DNA of 64,000 nucleotides. Source: Octopus vulgaris (Eukaryota). A program made the position numbers and the translations under genes. The stretch is taken from NCBI GenBank assembly GCA_951406725.2, contig OX597821.1:45074001-45138000 (forward strand), read 5' to 3'. Below are positions 1-12,949 of the stretch, in pieces; positions within the stretch are counted from its first letter, which is position 1; each line of letters begins with the position of its first letter. The notes below the pieces were generated by a model. The model worked only from the letters and a program-made list of their open reading frames with translations, was not told where the DNA came from and did no database searches.

Positions 1-200
1 CAGCAGCTCATTTATCACTGGCTTCTATATTGCCCTCCAGATAAAGGTGCGGGGGACCCTGTCAATGGCTTTGTCTGCATTCTCATGTTTTTTTGAAATG
101 TTTTATGCTAATATGTCTGAATTTTGTTTGACAAAACTAACATTGTCTTTAATAATGGAATGATTTATTTACATGTTAAATTTGGCTGATTATTTTTGCT

Positions 201-1612
201 TTAACCCTTTCGTTACTATATTTCTGACCAAAATACACCCCTCATGAGTTTCAATTAAATTCTAAAATAATCATGAATTTAGGCTTGTTTCATTAAATAA
301 CTGTAACTTTTTTACTTATCAACATATTAATGTAATATTTGGAACATAATTAAAGAAAGGGTTCTTAATCAATTCTATTGCATAACTTTTGCCTCAAAGT
401 GACTTTAATTACAGGTAAATTCAGGTAAATTGAGCAAAAGGTAAAAATATTAAAATTTTGTTTAAACATCATCATAGAAAATGAATCATCAGCTAATATT
501 CAAATGGGTATGCAACAAAATTTTGATAAAGAAGAATTGTGCACATCACTAGATCATCAGTTGAATTTAATGCACAACAGGTGTACCATAAAGGTGGAAT
601 AAAGTGAAATACTGGAATCCACTGCAAGTTTGACCGAACTAAAGAAATCGGTCAAAAAATAATATATGGCCCTGGTTATGGTATGGGAAGTGATAAATTC
701 CAGACCACATCGTTCCCTAGGCCGTGCTGACTAACATTTATTTTCCCTGTATAAAAACTAAATCCACGCAGTACCCAGTATTTACTTCACAAATTTTCCG
801 AAATTCGATCCCCCATTTTGTGTTTGTTTACAATCTGCGTAAATTTGTTTCCGCATTGATCGCTTCAAACAATAACTTCCAAACCACATTGTACCCTAAG
901 CCATGCTGACTAACATTAGTTTCCCTGTATAAAAACTAAATCCACAACAGTACCCAGTATTTGCTTCACAAATTTTCCGAACTTTGATCCCTCATTTTGT
1001 GTTTGTTTACATTCTGCGAAACAGTTTGCTTCCACAGTGATCGCTCCAAACAAGCATACTGAAAAACATAAAGTTTAATGGTTTCGCTTCCTAAGAAAGA
1101 ATATAGATAAACTATCTCCTCAGAAAAATTGCTAATAAAAACATTTTAAAAGTTTTTTACTTCATTCCGATGTAAAATCGTCTTTGCTGTCACCATCGCC
1201 GATTTGTTTCTTCGGAATTGCTGCTTTCGGTTTCGGATAAAAAAAATATCCTATTCATTATTTTGTACACCACGTGCTTTCTGTTGAAAAAGCTTTAAAT
1301 TCGGAATCAATGCTTGATAACATGAAACTCCTATCCATTTTCAAAGTTGAAGAAAAATCGATGCCGAAAAAATGTGGAAAAAAATCTCCCAAAATTCAGG
1401 GAATTAAAATTACACGTCGATCGTTGTACAAAACTGTAGATGAACTGTTTACGAAGTATAATCACGTGTTTTCACGAATGTACTAACGAGATTTGCTCTG
1501 ATATTCTCATTTAAATATGAATAGGTAATTACGGGTGGTTTTGGGTGGCTTGGTCACATGAACCAAAACTTTTTTTGGGTGGCTTTGGGCAGTTTGGTAA
1601 CGAAAGGGTTAA
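201..1612. mobile_element. Non-autonomous piggyBac-type DNA transposon (intronic)
   Basis: TTAA at 201-204 and 1609-1612 flank 12-bp TIRs CCCTTTCGTTAC (205-216) / GTAACGAAAGGG (1597-1608). No transposase ORF. Confidence 0.85.
698..1052 (+). repeat. Internal tandem duplication (~179-bp unit x2) within the piggyBac-type element
   Basis: TTCCA(G/A)ACCACAT...GCTGACTAACATT...TTTGTGTTTGTTTACA...CAAACAA at ~698-872 and ~877-1052. Confidence 0.9.
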
Positions 1613-1685
1613 AAATAGCAACTAAAAACTCATCTCATTTGAATTTCTTTTTTTATTTTATTTTTGTAATTGTTACATTTTAAAG

Positions 1686-1703
1686 AAATCAGAAGAATTA
1701 AAG
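1686..1703 (+). CDS. Candidate 18-nt micro-exon of the host gene (KSEELK in phase 0)
   Basis: T-rich tract ending TTTTAAAG, then AAATCAGAAGAATTAAAG, then donor GTATGT. Length is divisible by 3. Confidence 0.4.
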
Positions 1704-3996
1704 GTATGTAATTATTTTGAGGACAAATTAATCCCTATATTATCTAATTAGTTACCTATTTTCCTTCTATAATTGGTAGTCAATAGTCCTTTTCTTTATT
1801 AGTGTATTTGTATATATATAATTGTATTATTGCTGCTACATTCACTTTCGCTTAAAGCTTTTTAAAAAAAAAATAATTATTCATTGTATTAGTGCTAATT
1901 TGGTATGGTTTCATACAATCATAGTTTGTTACAAATGTTTCTTGTGCTTTTAACACTTGAGCAATTTTAGATATCTTGTCTTCACAAAAATTTGTATTAA
2001 ATGGTTTATAGGAAGTAGTTAGATTAATCTGGATACATATTAATATTTCTGGTAAATTTGGAAAATAATTAACACAAGTCTTAATTGGTACATGAGATAC
2101 AACTGGCTGACTTTTAGAGTATAGTCACCAACATTGGTCATAGTACTTTTATTAACTAGTACTTATTTTATAAATAGCAAAGTGGTCAGGATAGAATAAG
2201 CTCAGAATGTGAAGGATTGTAAATCAACTACCATAAAGTAGTTTGTACCACATCCTACCTATTCTGTCATCCCTCTGTTACTAGATAAGTACTGAAAATA
2301 GTAAAAACAGCTAGTGTTCTGCTAATTAATATTAAATTTTCTGAACTAGGTGGAACCTTCCATTTAATTTTAAAGCAAATTTTTGAATTTAGTTAACATG
2401 GTTGTTGTTTCAATCAAATTACTTTGCTTAGTGTGTGATACAGTTATTACAAACTTTCGATTCTGGGCTGAGTTGTTGATTATTGATTGCAGAACAATTT
2501 GGATATTCTTTGAACTTGTGTGAAATCTACATAAAAATTAACTTGAAAGCTTATTAAGGCAAGAATTTAGTATAGCATTGTTAGTTATCCACCTAGTTAT
2601 CTCCCTGTTCTGTTTCTAAACATGCAACCCCAGAAAGTTATGTGAATTTACTATTATCAAATTTATAAGAAGGCTGCTTTTCAAATGATTCTTTCACTGA
2701 GTCATTAATTAACATTTTCTTGATATAAAATAAACTGGACCCCTCTTTTGAAAAAAAAAAACAAAAAAAAAAACAAGAAACATTTGTAACTAAACAAAAT
2801 TAGGTGCCAACTATTTTTTTATCTTTCTCTAGTTACCCTTTTTAGTCTTTATTTTTCATATATAAACGAGTTTTAGTTTTTGAAATTTTGAAATATCAGT
2901 GTTAAAGAAAAATGAATTTGATACAAAAGTTGCTTTAATATTTCTTAAAATAAAATGTTTTAAAAACCAGTTCTACTCTTTTTTATAAGCAAAGTCAAAA
3001 TGCGATATAGTTTGGTTTACCATTTACAAATAAAAAAAAAATTGTTTAATTGTATTTTTGTAACTTTTATTTTACCACAAATTCAGTGTAAAATTATCAT
3101 TTTGGAATTTATAAACTAAAATTCAATCTATTTCCATAAATTTCATTTTGCATTTTATTCAATTTTTTTTCTTCTTTGCTAAGATTTTATTTCTCAATTG
3201 TTTATTTGAATGTTTCCGCTTTTTTGATCACTTGAAGAATATGATGATACTGTAAAATTAAACTCTAATCCTGTAACTATATATATAGATGATGAAAAGT
3301 CAAATTTGATCTTTGATAAGTGAGCTCTCCCTTCAGTTATGTAGTATGGGCAATCATTTAATCAACTATTACACTTTTCCTTATGAACATTCTATCTAAA
3401 TTCTGTTTTCATTGATTAAAAGGAATGCTAAGTTTTAATAATTCACAACTTTTATTGTAGTTTTAAAATATAGTGGAATGTTATTAAATATATTTAGGCT
3501 CAATGAAGTCTTTTGTTTACTAAAAAAAAAAAAAAGAAATCAATGCTGTAATTGATATAAGCTACATAAATCTGTACCTCCTTAAGTGAACCTGTTTTAT
3601 GGGTTTAAATACATTGCAAATACTAACATGAAAAAGGTGGAATTTAGTGATATTAGAGAATTAATGAAATGGTTTTTGATTATTTTCTATATATATATAT
3701 ATATGATTTGTAACATATTAATATATTTTCTGTATTTCATTGGATATACCGAATCATTAATCGTTTCTTGTTTCACTAATCTGCACTAGTTAACTGAGTG
3801 TTCAATATAATCAAAGTGAATAATTTGTATGAAATAAAGTTGTGAATTGTTGTGAATATCTTTACATTTTGTTATAGTTTTATACCTTTCTGTATACTTC
3901 AATGCATTGATTACTCTGGGGCAGGATTCTCTTATGCACAAGTTCTATTCTTTTAATTTACATTTGCATTTTTTCCTTTTTTGAAATGCTTTCAAG

Positions 3997-4065
3997 GAGT
4001 TTAATTTGTCAACTGCCTCTCCCTCTTTTCTTCCTACTTCTCCTTCTCCTCCCCCACTTTCTAGG
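3997..4065 (+). CDS. Candidate 69-nt cassette exon (EFNLSTASPSFLPTSPSPPPLSR in phase 0)
   Basis: Pyrimidine tract and TTTCAAG acceptor, consensus donor AGG|GTAAGT at 4066. Frame-preserving and open in the frame of the terminal exon. Confidence 0.5.
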
Positions 4066-4379
4066 GTAAGTTTCAATGTTGGATTTTTGTTTAGTAATAT
4101 TAGAATCCTTAAATATTTGACATACTATATAAATTTAATTTAATAGAACATGTTAATTTGAAATTATTCATATATTGAAGTTTGGTTTTACTATTCAAAG
4201 ATAATTGTAGAAAAAAAAAAAAATTTTGCTTGTAGAATATAATTCAAATTCTAAAGAGTTTTCTGTTTTTGTTTTTCTATTTTTCTCTGTAAAGCTTACT
4301 TTTCATAAATTTTTCTATATGCTTACATTATTGTTTAATATTTTCTTTTGTTAATTTGAATAAATTTTTCCATTTGCAG

Positions 4380-4568
4380 ATTGCTCTTACTGGTCCAATC
4401 ATTGGTGGAGATTTAAGCGGTCACGGACAGAGAGCAGTAATGGATGAATTTGAAAAACGTATGGCATGGGAGCATGGTGAGATTGACTATATGGGGCAAG
4501 ATAGCTTTGATAACATCCAACGGAAACTTGATTTGAATTTAAATCAAAATCAGTCGGGCAGCATGTGA
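4380..4568 (+). CDS. Terminal coding exon of an unidentified host gene (IALTGPIIGG...MDEFEKRMAWEHGEIDYMGQDSFDNIQRKLD...SGSM*)
   Basis: Long polypyrimidine tract and TTTGCAG acceptor ending at 4379. Complex, protein-like open frame ending TGA at 4566-4568, followed by repeat-poor AT-rich sequence. Confidence 0.75.
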   Translation: MALTGPIIGGDLSGHGQRAVMDEFEKRMAWEHGEIDYMGQDSFDNIQRKLDLNLNQNQSGSM

Positions 4569-6404
4569 ATGATTTATACTCAAGTCAAGTGAGAAAAAAA
4601 AAAGAAAAAGAAAAAAAACGTTCAAAACTTGTTTTGAATAAGCTACATATATTGAAACTGCTCCAAAGCTATTAAATCAACTAACAAACTACTTGAACTG
4701 CTATGCACTTCATTACATATTTTTTTCTTACTTCTATGTAATGACCCAATCTATTAATTTGACTGCTCCATATTGTGACTGACACAATTTTACTTTGGCT
4801 TTTACATTATTTCCTTAAAAATTTTGAGCAATTTCCCTGCTTTGTCATAAGATATATTTAAAAAGTTTGTTATTAAATCACTTTGTAAGTATCCTAGACT
4901 TGAGATATTAGTTTCTAAACTTTTACATTATTTTCCTTCTGGTTCTAAAGTCTTTTATCTTTAAGTGATATAGATTAATTTTCAAGAATCTGTTATTAGA
5001 ATAGCGTTCTCTGTCCCCTTAGGTGCCTAATTTTTTTGCAAGATTTTAGTGCATCATACACATTATTCATCAATTGAGTTCTGTACTTTTTACTCTGCCA
5101 TCTGATGAAAATTATTTGCTAATTTATCTAAAGTTGCTTTCCATTTTTGAAGAGAACAATAGAATTCTTTCCTCTTATTGGCTGTCTCTTGGTGCTGATC
5201 ATTAAGAACAATAATTCTGTATAATACAGCCACTTCACTATATAGGTTGCATTAAATATATTAAACTCCAGTTTTATCATAAATGGTAGTTTATAAATTT
5301 AAGTGTTCAACTCAATAGTCTGGTTGTATCTAACTTCAAGCAGTTTCATAGTACCTCAGAGGTTGGCAGTATTTTTTCTCCTTTAGAAAATCATTAACTT
5401 AGAAAAATTGTTTTTGTTTGTGACTTTTGCATTTGAGTTTTAACTCCTTATTTTTAATAAGGAAGATCAGACATTGATAATTTTGACAATTTCTTGTTCT
5501 GTCATAAAATCTGTACAATATTCTGTGCTTCTGAATTCCACTTAGAAGCTGGGGATTAGTTTAGAGAATTGGTATAAGCTTTGTTGGTAAATTGCTCGGT
5601 CTTGCCATGTTCTGCTGTCAGTAACTGCAGCTCATTAGCTGAGATAATAATCATGGCAATTTCATTGCTGTTTCATCAAGAAATGACAATGTAACTGATG
5701 GGAAGTGGCTGTCACAATTATTAGTGTCTCTCCAATTATGATATCCTGGATAAAATGGAATGTGTCTGTAATTTCATTTGCAGTCCACGGTTGAGGTTAT
5801 AAGAAGCCAAATTATTTATTGCATGCTGTCGATTGTAATGACAAGATTGATACTACAATACTGTAAAGATTTTAAGAAATAAAATCTATAACTGTTTTCT
5901 CTTCTTGACATCTGTACCAAAATGGGTAATTTTCAAGATTGTGCTGAATTCATGGTATGATCACCTGAACAAAGCATTAAAAGTTTGATGTTTGAATTAG
6001 CATTTTAAGTGATATATGTATATAATATGACTCTTTGATAATTTTGTGATTGAAATAGTCTTAATTAAATAAAATATATTTGGCAGCAGTTTGTTTTAGC
6101 TTTTTTTAAAAATTTTTTTTTTTTTTTTACCCAAGATAGCGTAGGCTTAACTTGATATTTTCGTTTTCCTATTGAATTTGAATTCAGCCATCAATTTACT
6201 AGATGCTGGTTTCTATTTGTGGATCTTGAACACAACCAAACACTTAATAGACTGTTTTAAACAAATTTAGGTAATTGTTGAAGGAAGTTATCTCTTACAG
6301 TGTCTCCACGTGGATTAAAGGTTTGTTTATTGAAATATCTGAAATATTTATGGTATATAAGAAAATCTAAATTCTAGTGAATATATGTGCCTTGTGTGTG
6401 TGTA

Positions 6405-6448
<44 letters not shown>

Positions 6449-6780
6449 TATGCATATATATAGATTCACACACAGACAATTATACAGTACCTTAATTTCA
6501 CACAATGCCAGTAATGTATACACATACATATATCTATGTGTACATATTACCGGTGTTGTGTGAAATGAAGGTATTGTATACCTTTTTGAGGTTTTCTTGA
6601 GAATATTTAGCATTTAAAATTTTTCTTTATTTTTTCCATGATAATATAGGTTGGACACTTTATTAAATGAAATGAAATCTCTGAAAGCTAATCATGTATA
6701 ATAATAGCTAATACAATCGACAAGAAATGAGAAAATTTTACAAGTAAACTGATATACAGAAATGTAAAGTAAATAAAAAT
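4569..6780 (+). other. Probable 3' UTR with alternative AATAAA signals (~5878, ~6068, ~6772)
   Basis: Largely transposon-free AT-rich stretch after the stop codon, with several AATAAA hexamers. True end unknown. Confidence 0.45.
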
Positions 6781-7799
6781 ATTCAGAATGAATACTGCTT
6801 CATTTTAGTCTTCTATTTATTGCAGAAATTTTAATTTTAATGATGCCTCCAAATTGTACAGTACATTTTTGTTAATATAGAAATATTTCCTAGTTTGATA
6901 CTTTGTCACATACATGTGCGTAATGAATTCATATCCAATTTGCAGAGACTGTTGTGTTGCAACTGTCTCGAAGGAAATTTATTTATCCAGTATAATGTCT
7001 TCCAATGCCAATAAAGGCTTCTGAAATATGCAATACCGTTTTAAGACTCCCTTCAGTTGTACCTAACCAACAGAAATTTTCCAGATATTCATGGTGACAG
7101 CCAAATTATTGTCTGATATCTTTCGTCACTTTCAAGAAGAGAAACCAAAAGTGTAGCACCATACTTAACTAGCAGAAACATTTCTGATATTTTCATTCTT
7201 TCTCGCTTGTTGTTTAGTCTCTTGCTGCTTAGAACATTTTGGTCATTTCACACTTTACCTGTACACAAGACCTATGAAACATCTGCACATAACATTTTAT
7301 ACTTTGCCTTGAAGTTTATGGTATTCTACTTAAGTACTCTACACAGAGCTTTATTTACATACAATGCTGGCAATATCATTGTCAGTGGCATCATTATCAT
7401 CATTTTGTTTGCTTTTTTTGCTGACATAATGGGATGTGTTGCTACTGCCCAAGTATTCAGTTACTCCCCTCCTATATGGGTCAGAGGACCACATCTCATA
7501 TATTCAAGTTTTGGTTCAGTTTCTATTCCTGGATACCCTTTCCTTTCCTCACCTCTATGTTGTACTGGGTGTATTTTGTGGTGCTAACACTAGTTACATA
7601 AACTCTGTAGAGTTTCTAATAATTCAAGGCAATGAGTAGAAGAGTGAGGACAGTGGGGCCTGGGTAGGAAGATGAAAAAGTTAGTGCTGGGGGAAGTAAT
7701 GAAAAGGAGACAGTAATATCAGCTTTGTTGCAGGTGTGAGAGAGAGAGAATGGGAACAGAGATGGGTGATGGTGGGAGAGAGTAATGGATGTCAATAGA

Positions 7800-9060
7800 A
7801 AGAGAGGAAATGATGGCTGACATTACACAAAATGGTGATAACATCAAACAGGTCTAATGTTGCCCCTCTTTATATGTCTTGAGAGTGAATAAGATTGTGG
7901 TAGAATAGGCACAGGTTTAGTAGAATCTCTTGCTACATAGGCAACATGGTTCCATGAGTAGGAGTTAGTGGGATAAGTGTGAGTGAAATGAGAAAATTTG
8001 TAGCAACAGAGCAGCAGAATCCAATGAATAAGATAGAACATGTAAAAGGGAGAAGAATGCTTGAAATAGTTTGATGCCTTCTTCTCAATGTCATTCACTT
8101 GTCACTCAGAGGTAGTGAAGCTGGGTAGCAGATGCAGGCTTAAGGTTATATTAAGAAACCCACCTAGAGGATTATATACATCATCATTATTTAGTGCTTT
8201 CCTGCGTCAGATAAAATTTTATAAGGCAGATTTTACATGGACAGATGTTCTTCCTTTTGTTAACCTTCATCTGTTTCCAAGTAAGTTGATATTTGTCCAG
8301 AAATGTATTCACAGAAGACTGCAAATGAATGTATCACTTGCATGATGTTAATGCAAGAAGACATTATGTCATTATCAACATCAATAAATGTTTATCTTTT
8401 ATATTGGCATGGCTTGAATGTTTTGACAGTATTCAGCGTCTCAGGTAGGTCATACTCCAATGTCTGCTTTTGACATGGTTTTTATGGATGGATGCCCTCT
8501 CTAATGTCAATCACTTTACAGCGTGCAGGGTACTTTTCTGTGGTACCAACACTAGTGAGGTTGCCAAGTACCTCACATGACAGAAAAAGGCCTCCTCAAC
8601 TGAGTGGGTGAGGGTGTAGTAGAGGGAGGTGGCTTTATGCCAAATGTTTGCTGTAGATGTGATACATGGCTACCTTGGATTAATAAAATGTTTTGTTGGA
8701 GTAACTGGAAAGCAGATAAAGATGCTGGTGGCAATGTGTCAAAGTCCAAGTAGGTGAGTATAAGGGAGATAGAGGCAGAAGATTGGGAAGTGAGAGTGGA
8801 TAGGTTCATAAGAGAGTACAAGGTAAGTGACAGATGGGTGAATGTAGTGAGTGGTAAATTAAATGTAGTCCAAGATATAGCTGTTGGGTATGGTGAGATG
8901 AAAGAAATAATAATGGCTCAGGAAGGAGGTGTTAGTACAGGAAGGGTGGAGGGTAGCAGTATAACCTGTACATAGATTAGAAAATATTTTTCCAGCCTTC
9001 ACACATCATCTGCTTTCAGTGTCTGTTTTATTGCCATGCAATATCACAGTACATAAGCAT
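7800..9060 (-). pseudogene. Decayed Penelope-like element ORF remnants (RT-endonuclease linker, possible GIY-YIG), interrupted by a SINE
   Basis: Minus-strand ISLILTYLDFDTLPPASLSAFQLLQQ resembles the PLE linker IPLVLTYHP...F..LQ. Confidence 0.4.
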
Positions 9061-10656
9061 CATAGTTTTTTCTATATTCATTGAAAATACTTAGTTAGCA
9101 GCAGAGCTAATAGATCCCTGAACTTCTCCACATTGTCACTAAGGTTCTTATATTCTTGGAACATCTAATTCTATTGCTGATTAAGTCAGTTTGCAAACAA
9201 AAGCTGACAACTAATTCTTGGAGTCTATATTCTATATTTGTATAGGTTTTACTTAAAAACCAATCTTATGTGATGTGTGCTTTAGTATTATTTGTTTTGC
9301 TCAGTCATATGGTGTCATCTTATATACTCTGTCCTTTAAAGTAGTAGGATCTCATTTGAGGAAGATTTGGCTGTTCATTCTAACTGGTTGAATGACTATG
9401 TAAACTGTTCTGTCGTTGGTTTGATATTTTAGATGTTATTTTCCCTGGTTATGTAAAATCTATGGGACAAGAAGTAAGCTGTTGGTTACTTGAAACTAAT
9501 GTTCTACTGACAGTGTATTTCAATTTATGAGACATGAGTATCATAACTCACTTTTACCCATCAGAACCTATTCTAAGATATAAGGTTGCTGTGCTTTGTC
9601 AGAAACACAATAATATAGTTTTAGCAAAATGTAAATGAAATATCTCTTGAGGTGCAGTGAGTGTTGAAAGCTGCTGATTGATTTGGGTTTCATATTGATA
9701 AAACACTTTTCTTCTTACAGGTGATATTGCTAGATATGGTAGCTATTGTTGACAGCTAGGATTACTGTGCTAATAGAGAGTACAATGATAGGAAAATACC
9801 CAGGGACACTTGCTATATGTAAAGTTGGCTGTAATGTGTAATGAGGTAGGAATTTCACTAGTTCTCTTAATAACTAACTATATGGAATATGCTGTTCTGT
9901 TCCTTATACGAAGAAAGGGTGAAAGTTAAATATAGAAGCTAGTCTATCTTAGATAACAGTCCCAGATATTCTTTGGGTCGGGCTTCTTTGGATTTAATAA
10001 CTTGGTCCCACAATCCATAGTGATCCCTCATGGGAGTCTGAAGCAATTACTGTATGAATGTTGACCAGTTAAATTTAGCCTAGATTTTCTATTTACCAGA
10101 ATATATTAAAAGCAAAATTGTTTATTTACTGCTGTGTATGCGATCAAATCAATCCTCATTGCTGTAGCAAATTGGTTATAAAATTAATAGCAGGAAGATA
10201 AATTCACTGATGTACTGAAAAAGAACAAAAGCTGTAAGGCAGGCGGCTTTTGATAAGATACTACTCGTGTGGAAGAAGAGGCATTCAATGTCATCCTTCA
10301 ATTTTGTAATGCAATATGTGGACTGAGGATAATTATGGTGTGGCTGTTACGAAGGGCATCCAGCTGTAGAAACCAGGCCAAAGCTGACATTGGGGCCTAA
10401 TGCAGCTCTGCAGCTTGTTGGGCCCTGTCAAATCATCTGACCCATTCCAGCATAGAAAACGTGTTAAATGATGACTAACCAATTACAACAATAACACAAA
10501 TTATGCTGATATTACTTTCTTTACAAATACTAGTTTGTATCCTTAACATGACTTTGAAAAAGCAGAAGATATTCATCATGATGTCAATATCTCAATCAGA
10601 AGGGATCAATAAACACAATGAAACAAAACCATGTAAAATCCATCAACTCCTTGGCA

Positions 10657-10881
10657 TATGAGGGGATGCTGAAAAGTTCCTGGCTTTAAGGGTATCACGA
10701 AAAGCCTGATTGGAGGCCCAACCTTCCGAGTTCTTTTACAGGGTTTAGAAAAACTGAAGGACCTCTGCAATAAGTGTGTGAATCTGAGAGAGGGGGGATA
10801 TATTGAATAAAACCGTAATTAACTGATCCTCCTGTGTTTTCTTTTCCCTCAAAGCTAAGACCTTTTCAGTACCCACTCATA
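10657..10881. mobile_element. Mariner-type MITE
   Basis: TA|TGAGGGGATGCTGAAAAGTTCCTGGCTTT ... AAAGCTAAGACCTTTTCAGTACCCACTCA|TA: imperfect TIRs with TA target duplication. Confidence 0.75.
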
Positions 10882-11279
10882 TATGTAGAAAGTAAATCAC
10901 ATATAGAAAACAGATGTAGAAATTCATATGATAGCCTCAGTATCTTCTGGAAAGTCATTGCTACATCATCATAATCTTTTTGCATCTACTTGCCTTGCTG
11001 TCAAGGGTTGGACAGCTTGCCATATTCAAAGCCAGCTTATGGTCAAAGGATCACGTGTATTGCTTGTGTATTTCAATTTTGGTATGATGTCTACACAGCT
11101 GGATGCCCTTCTAGCATGAACCACTTTACAGACTACAGCATGTTATTATTTTTGTGGCACCAGCATGACAGAGGCAGCTATATTTTCAGTAAGGCTAAAA
11201 AAGTACTCTCACCTTACATTCTGTTGAGAGTACTGGGTACATTTATAGAGATCAGTACATTGGCTCATATACTCTTTAT

Positions 11280-11905
11280 TTGGGTGTGTCGTATGAAGTT
11301 TGTTTCCTAACCACTTAGTTCTATGTTCAGTTCCACTGTATGGCACCTTGGGCAGGTGTCATCTACTGTAGCCTTAGGCCTGCCAAAACCTTGTGGGTTG
11401 ATGGAAACTGAAAGAAGCACTGAGAGAACCTGAAATAAGGCGGCGAGCTGGCAGAAACGTTAGCACGCCAGGCGAAATGTTTAGCGGTATTTCGTTTGCC
11501 ATTATCTTCTGAGTTCAAATTCTGCCGAGGTCGACTTTGCTTTCATCCTTTCGGGGTCGATAAATTAAGTACCAGTTACGCACTGGGGTCGATGTAATCG
11601 ACTTAATCCCTTTGTCTGTCCTTGTTTGTCCCCTCTATTTTTAGCCCCTTGTGAGCAATAAAGAAATAGGAAACTGAAAGAAGCATGTCGTATATGTGTG
11701 TGTACGTGTGCGTGCGCGCGCATCTTTCTGTCTGCTGTGTTTGTCCCCCATCACTGTTTGATAAACCAATGTTTGTGTTTTTACGTCCCCGTAACTTAGC
11801 GATTCGGCAAAATACGACCGATAGATTAAGTAACAGGATAGATAAAGTACTAAAATTTCTCATGCTGGTATCCCAGCATGGCCGCAATCTTATGACTGAA
11901 GAATA
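11280..11905 (+). mobile_element. tRNA-derived SINE (family B) split by a nested SINE
   Basis: GTTCAGTTCCACTGTATGGCACCTTGGGCAGGTGTC...GGAAACTGAAAGAAGC. Related copy at 32250-32408 (-). The 3' part resembles ~45300-45520. Confidence 0.7.
11437..11670 (+). mobile_element. tRNA-derived SINE (family A, AAGGCGGCGAGCTGGCAGAA...)
   Basis: Pol III B-box-like GAGTTCAAATTC and conserved TTTCATCCTTTCGGGGTCGATAAATTAAGTACC. Multiple copies in the window. Confidence 0.85.
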
Positions 11906-12261
11906 ATAACTGTGTGTGTGTGTGACAGGAATGTTTAAAAAATCCCGATAGATCAGCAAAAAAAAAATTCAAAATGAACTCAAAAAAACCTACAAGTTTG
12001 GCCTTTAGGCCTATCAGAGTTATGTCCCTTAGATTGATAGTTTTTTTTTTTTTTTTTCAGTGTTTTAGTCCTTATACTATGTGCCAATTCCGAGAGGTAA
12101 TTTGGAAGATGAGAGTGAGAGAAGTTGGAGAGGAACTCTTAAAACTTGCTTTGTGTGTGTGTGTGTTCACGTGCGCATACTGGGTGTGGAGGAAATTTTG
12201 TTCTAGAAATAATTATTTTTAAAAGCCATTTGGTAATCCATACTGGCTATTCTGTGTGTGA

Positions 12262-12362
12262 CTTCTCTCTCAGTCCCTTCCTCTCTCTCAGTCCCTTCCT
12301 CTCTCTCAGTCCCTTCCTCTCTCTCAGTCCCTTCCTCTCTCTCAGTCCCTTCCTTTCTCTCT
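12262..12362 (+). repeat. 18-bp minisatellite (CTCTCTCTCAGTCCCTTC) x~5
   Basis: Directly visible. Confidence 0.9.
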
Positions 12363-12949
12363 CCATCCATCCATCCATCCATTATTAATTAACCAAACTC
12401 AAAATACTTATCTTTTACTCAAGGGAAATAACTCTTGCTTTTTTGATAGTTATGTCCCGTTGATAATTAACTCTAACGTTAGTCATTGCCTATAATGTCA
12501 ACTTCAGAAAGTTCGTATAAAAGGGGTTTTATACAAACCCAAGAATGATATTTGATTTCTTCTCTGCAGTGCCTTTGTGTGTATGGCAGTTGAAATAGTT
12601 AACAATGATCCCGTCAAAATATTTCTTTCTTCAATTTGAAGAATGTAATTTTTCATTTTACGAGAAGAAAATTCGGTGCTACTTTAGCGTGGTGCGGTCT
12701 TTCGCAATCGTTACTAGTGAGCTTTCCCAGTCACACCTTAATCAATTTTGCTGGAACGTTTTGAGAAAAGATGCTGCAGATTTGTTTGTGGTAATGATGT
12801 ACGAAGTGTGAATCGTTAATTAAGATTTAAGTGTAAGTTATTAATAAATCATTATTCAACATTAATCAATTTGTTTTTATCATCCTGTAGTATAAAGTTC
12901 TTATAGTGGAGGTAGATCGCAAGCTAAAGTTGAATTGTTGTCCTGAGAG

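Noticed and set aside
698-1052. CTGACTAA...GCGAAAC in the piggyBac internal repeat as a hammerhead
   Set aside because: The core does not fit (no 3-8 pair) and there is no stem I or II complementarity.
5095-5150. CTGATGA in the 3' UTR
   Set aside because: No downstream stem II-GAAA-NUH arrangement.
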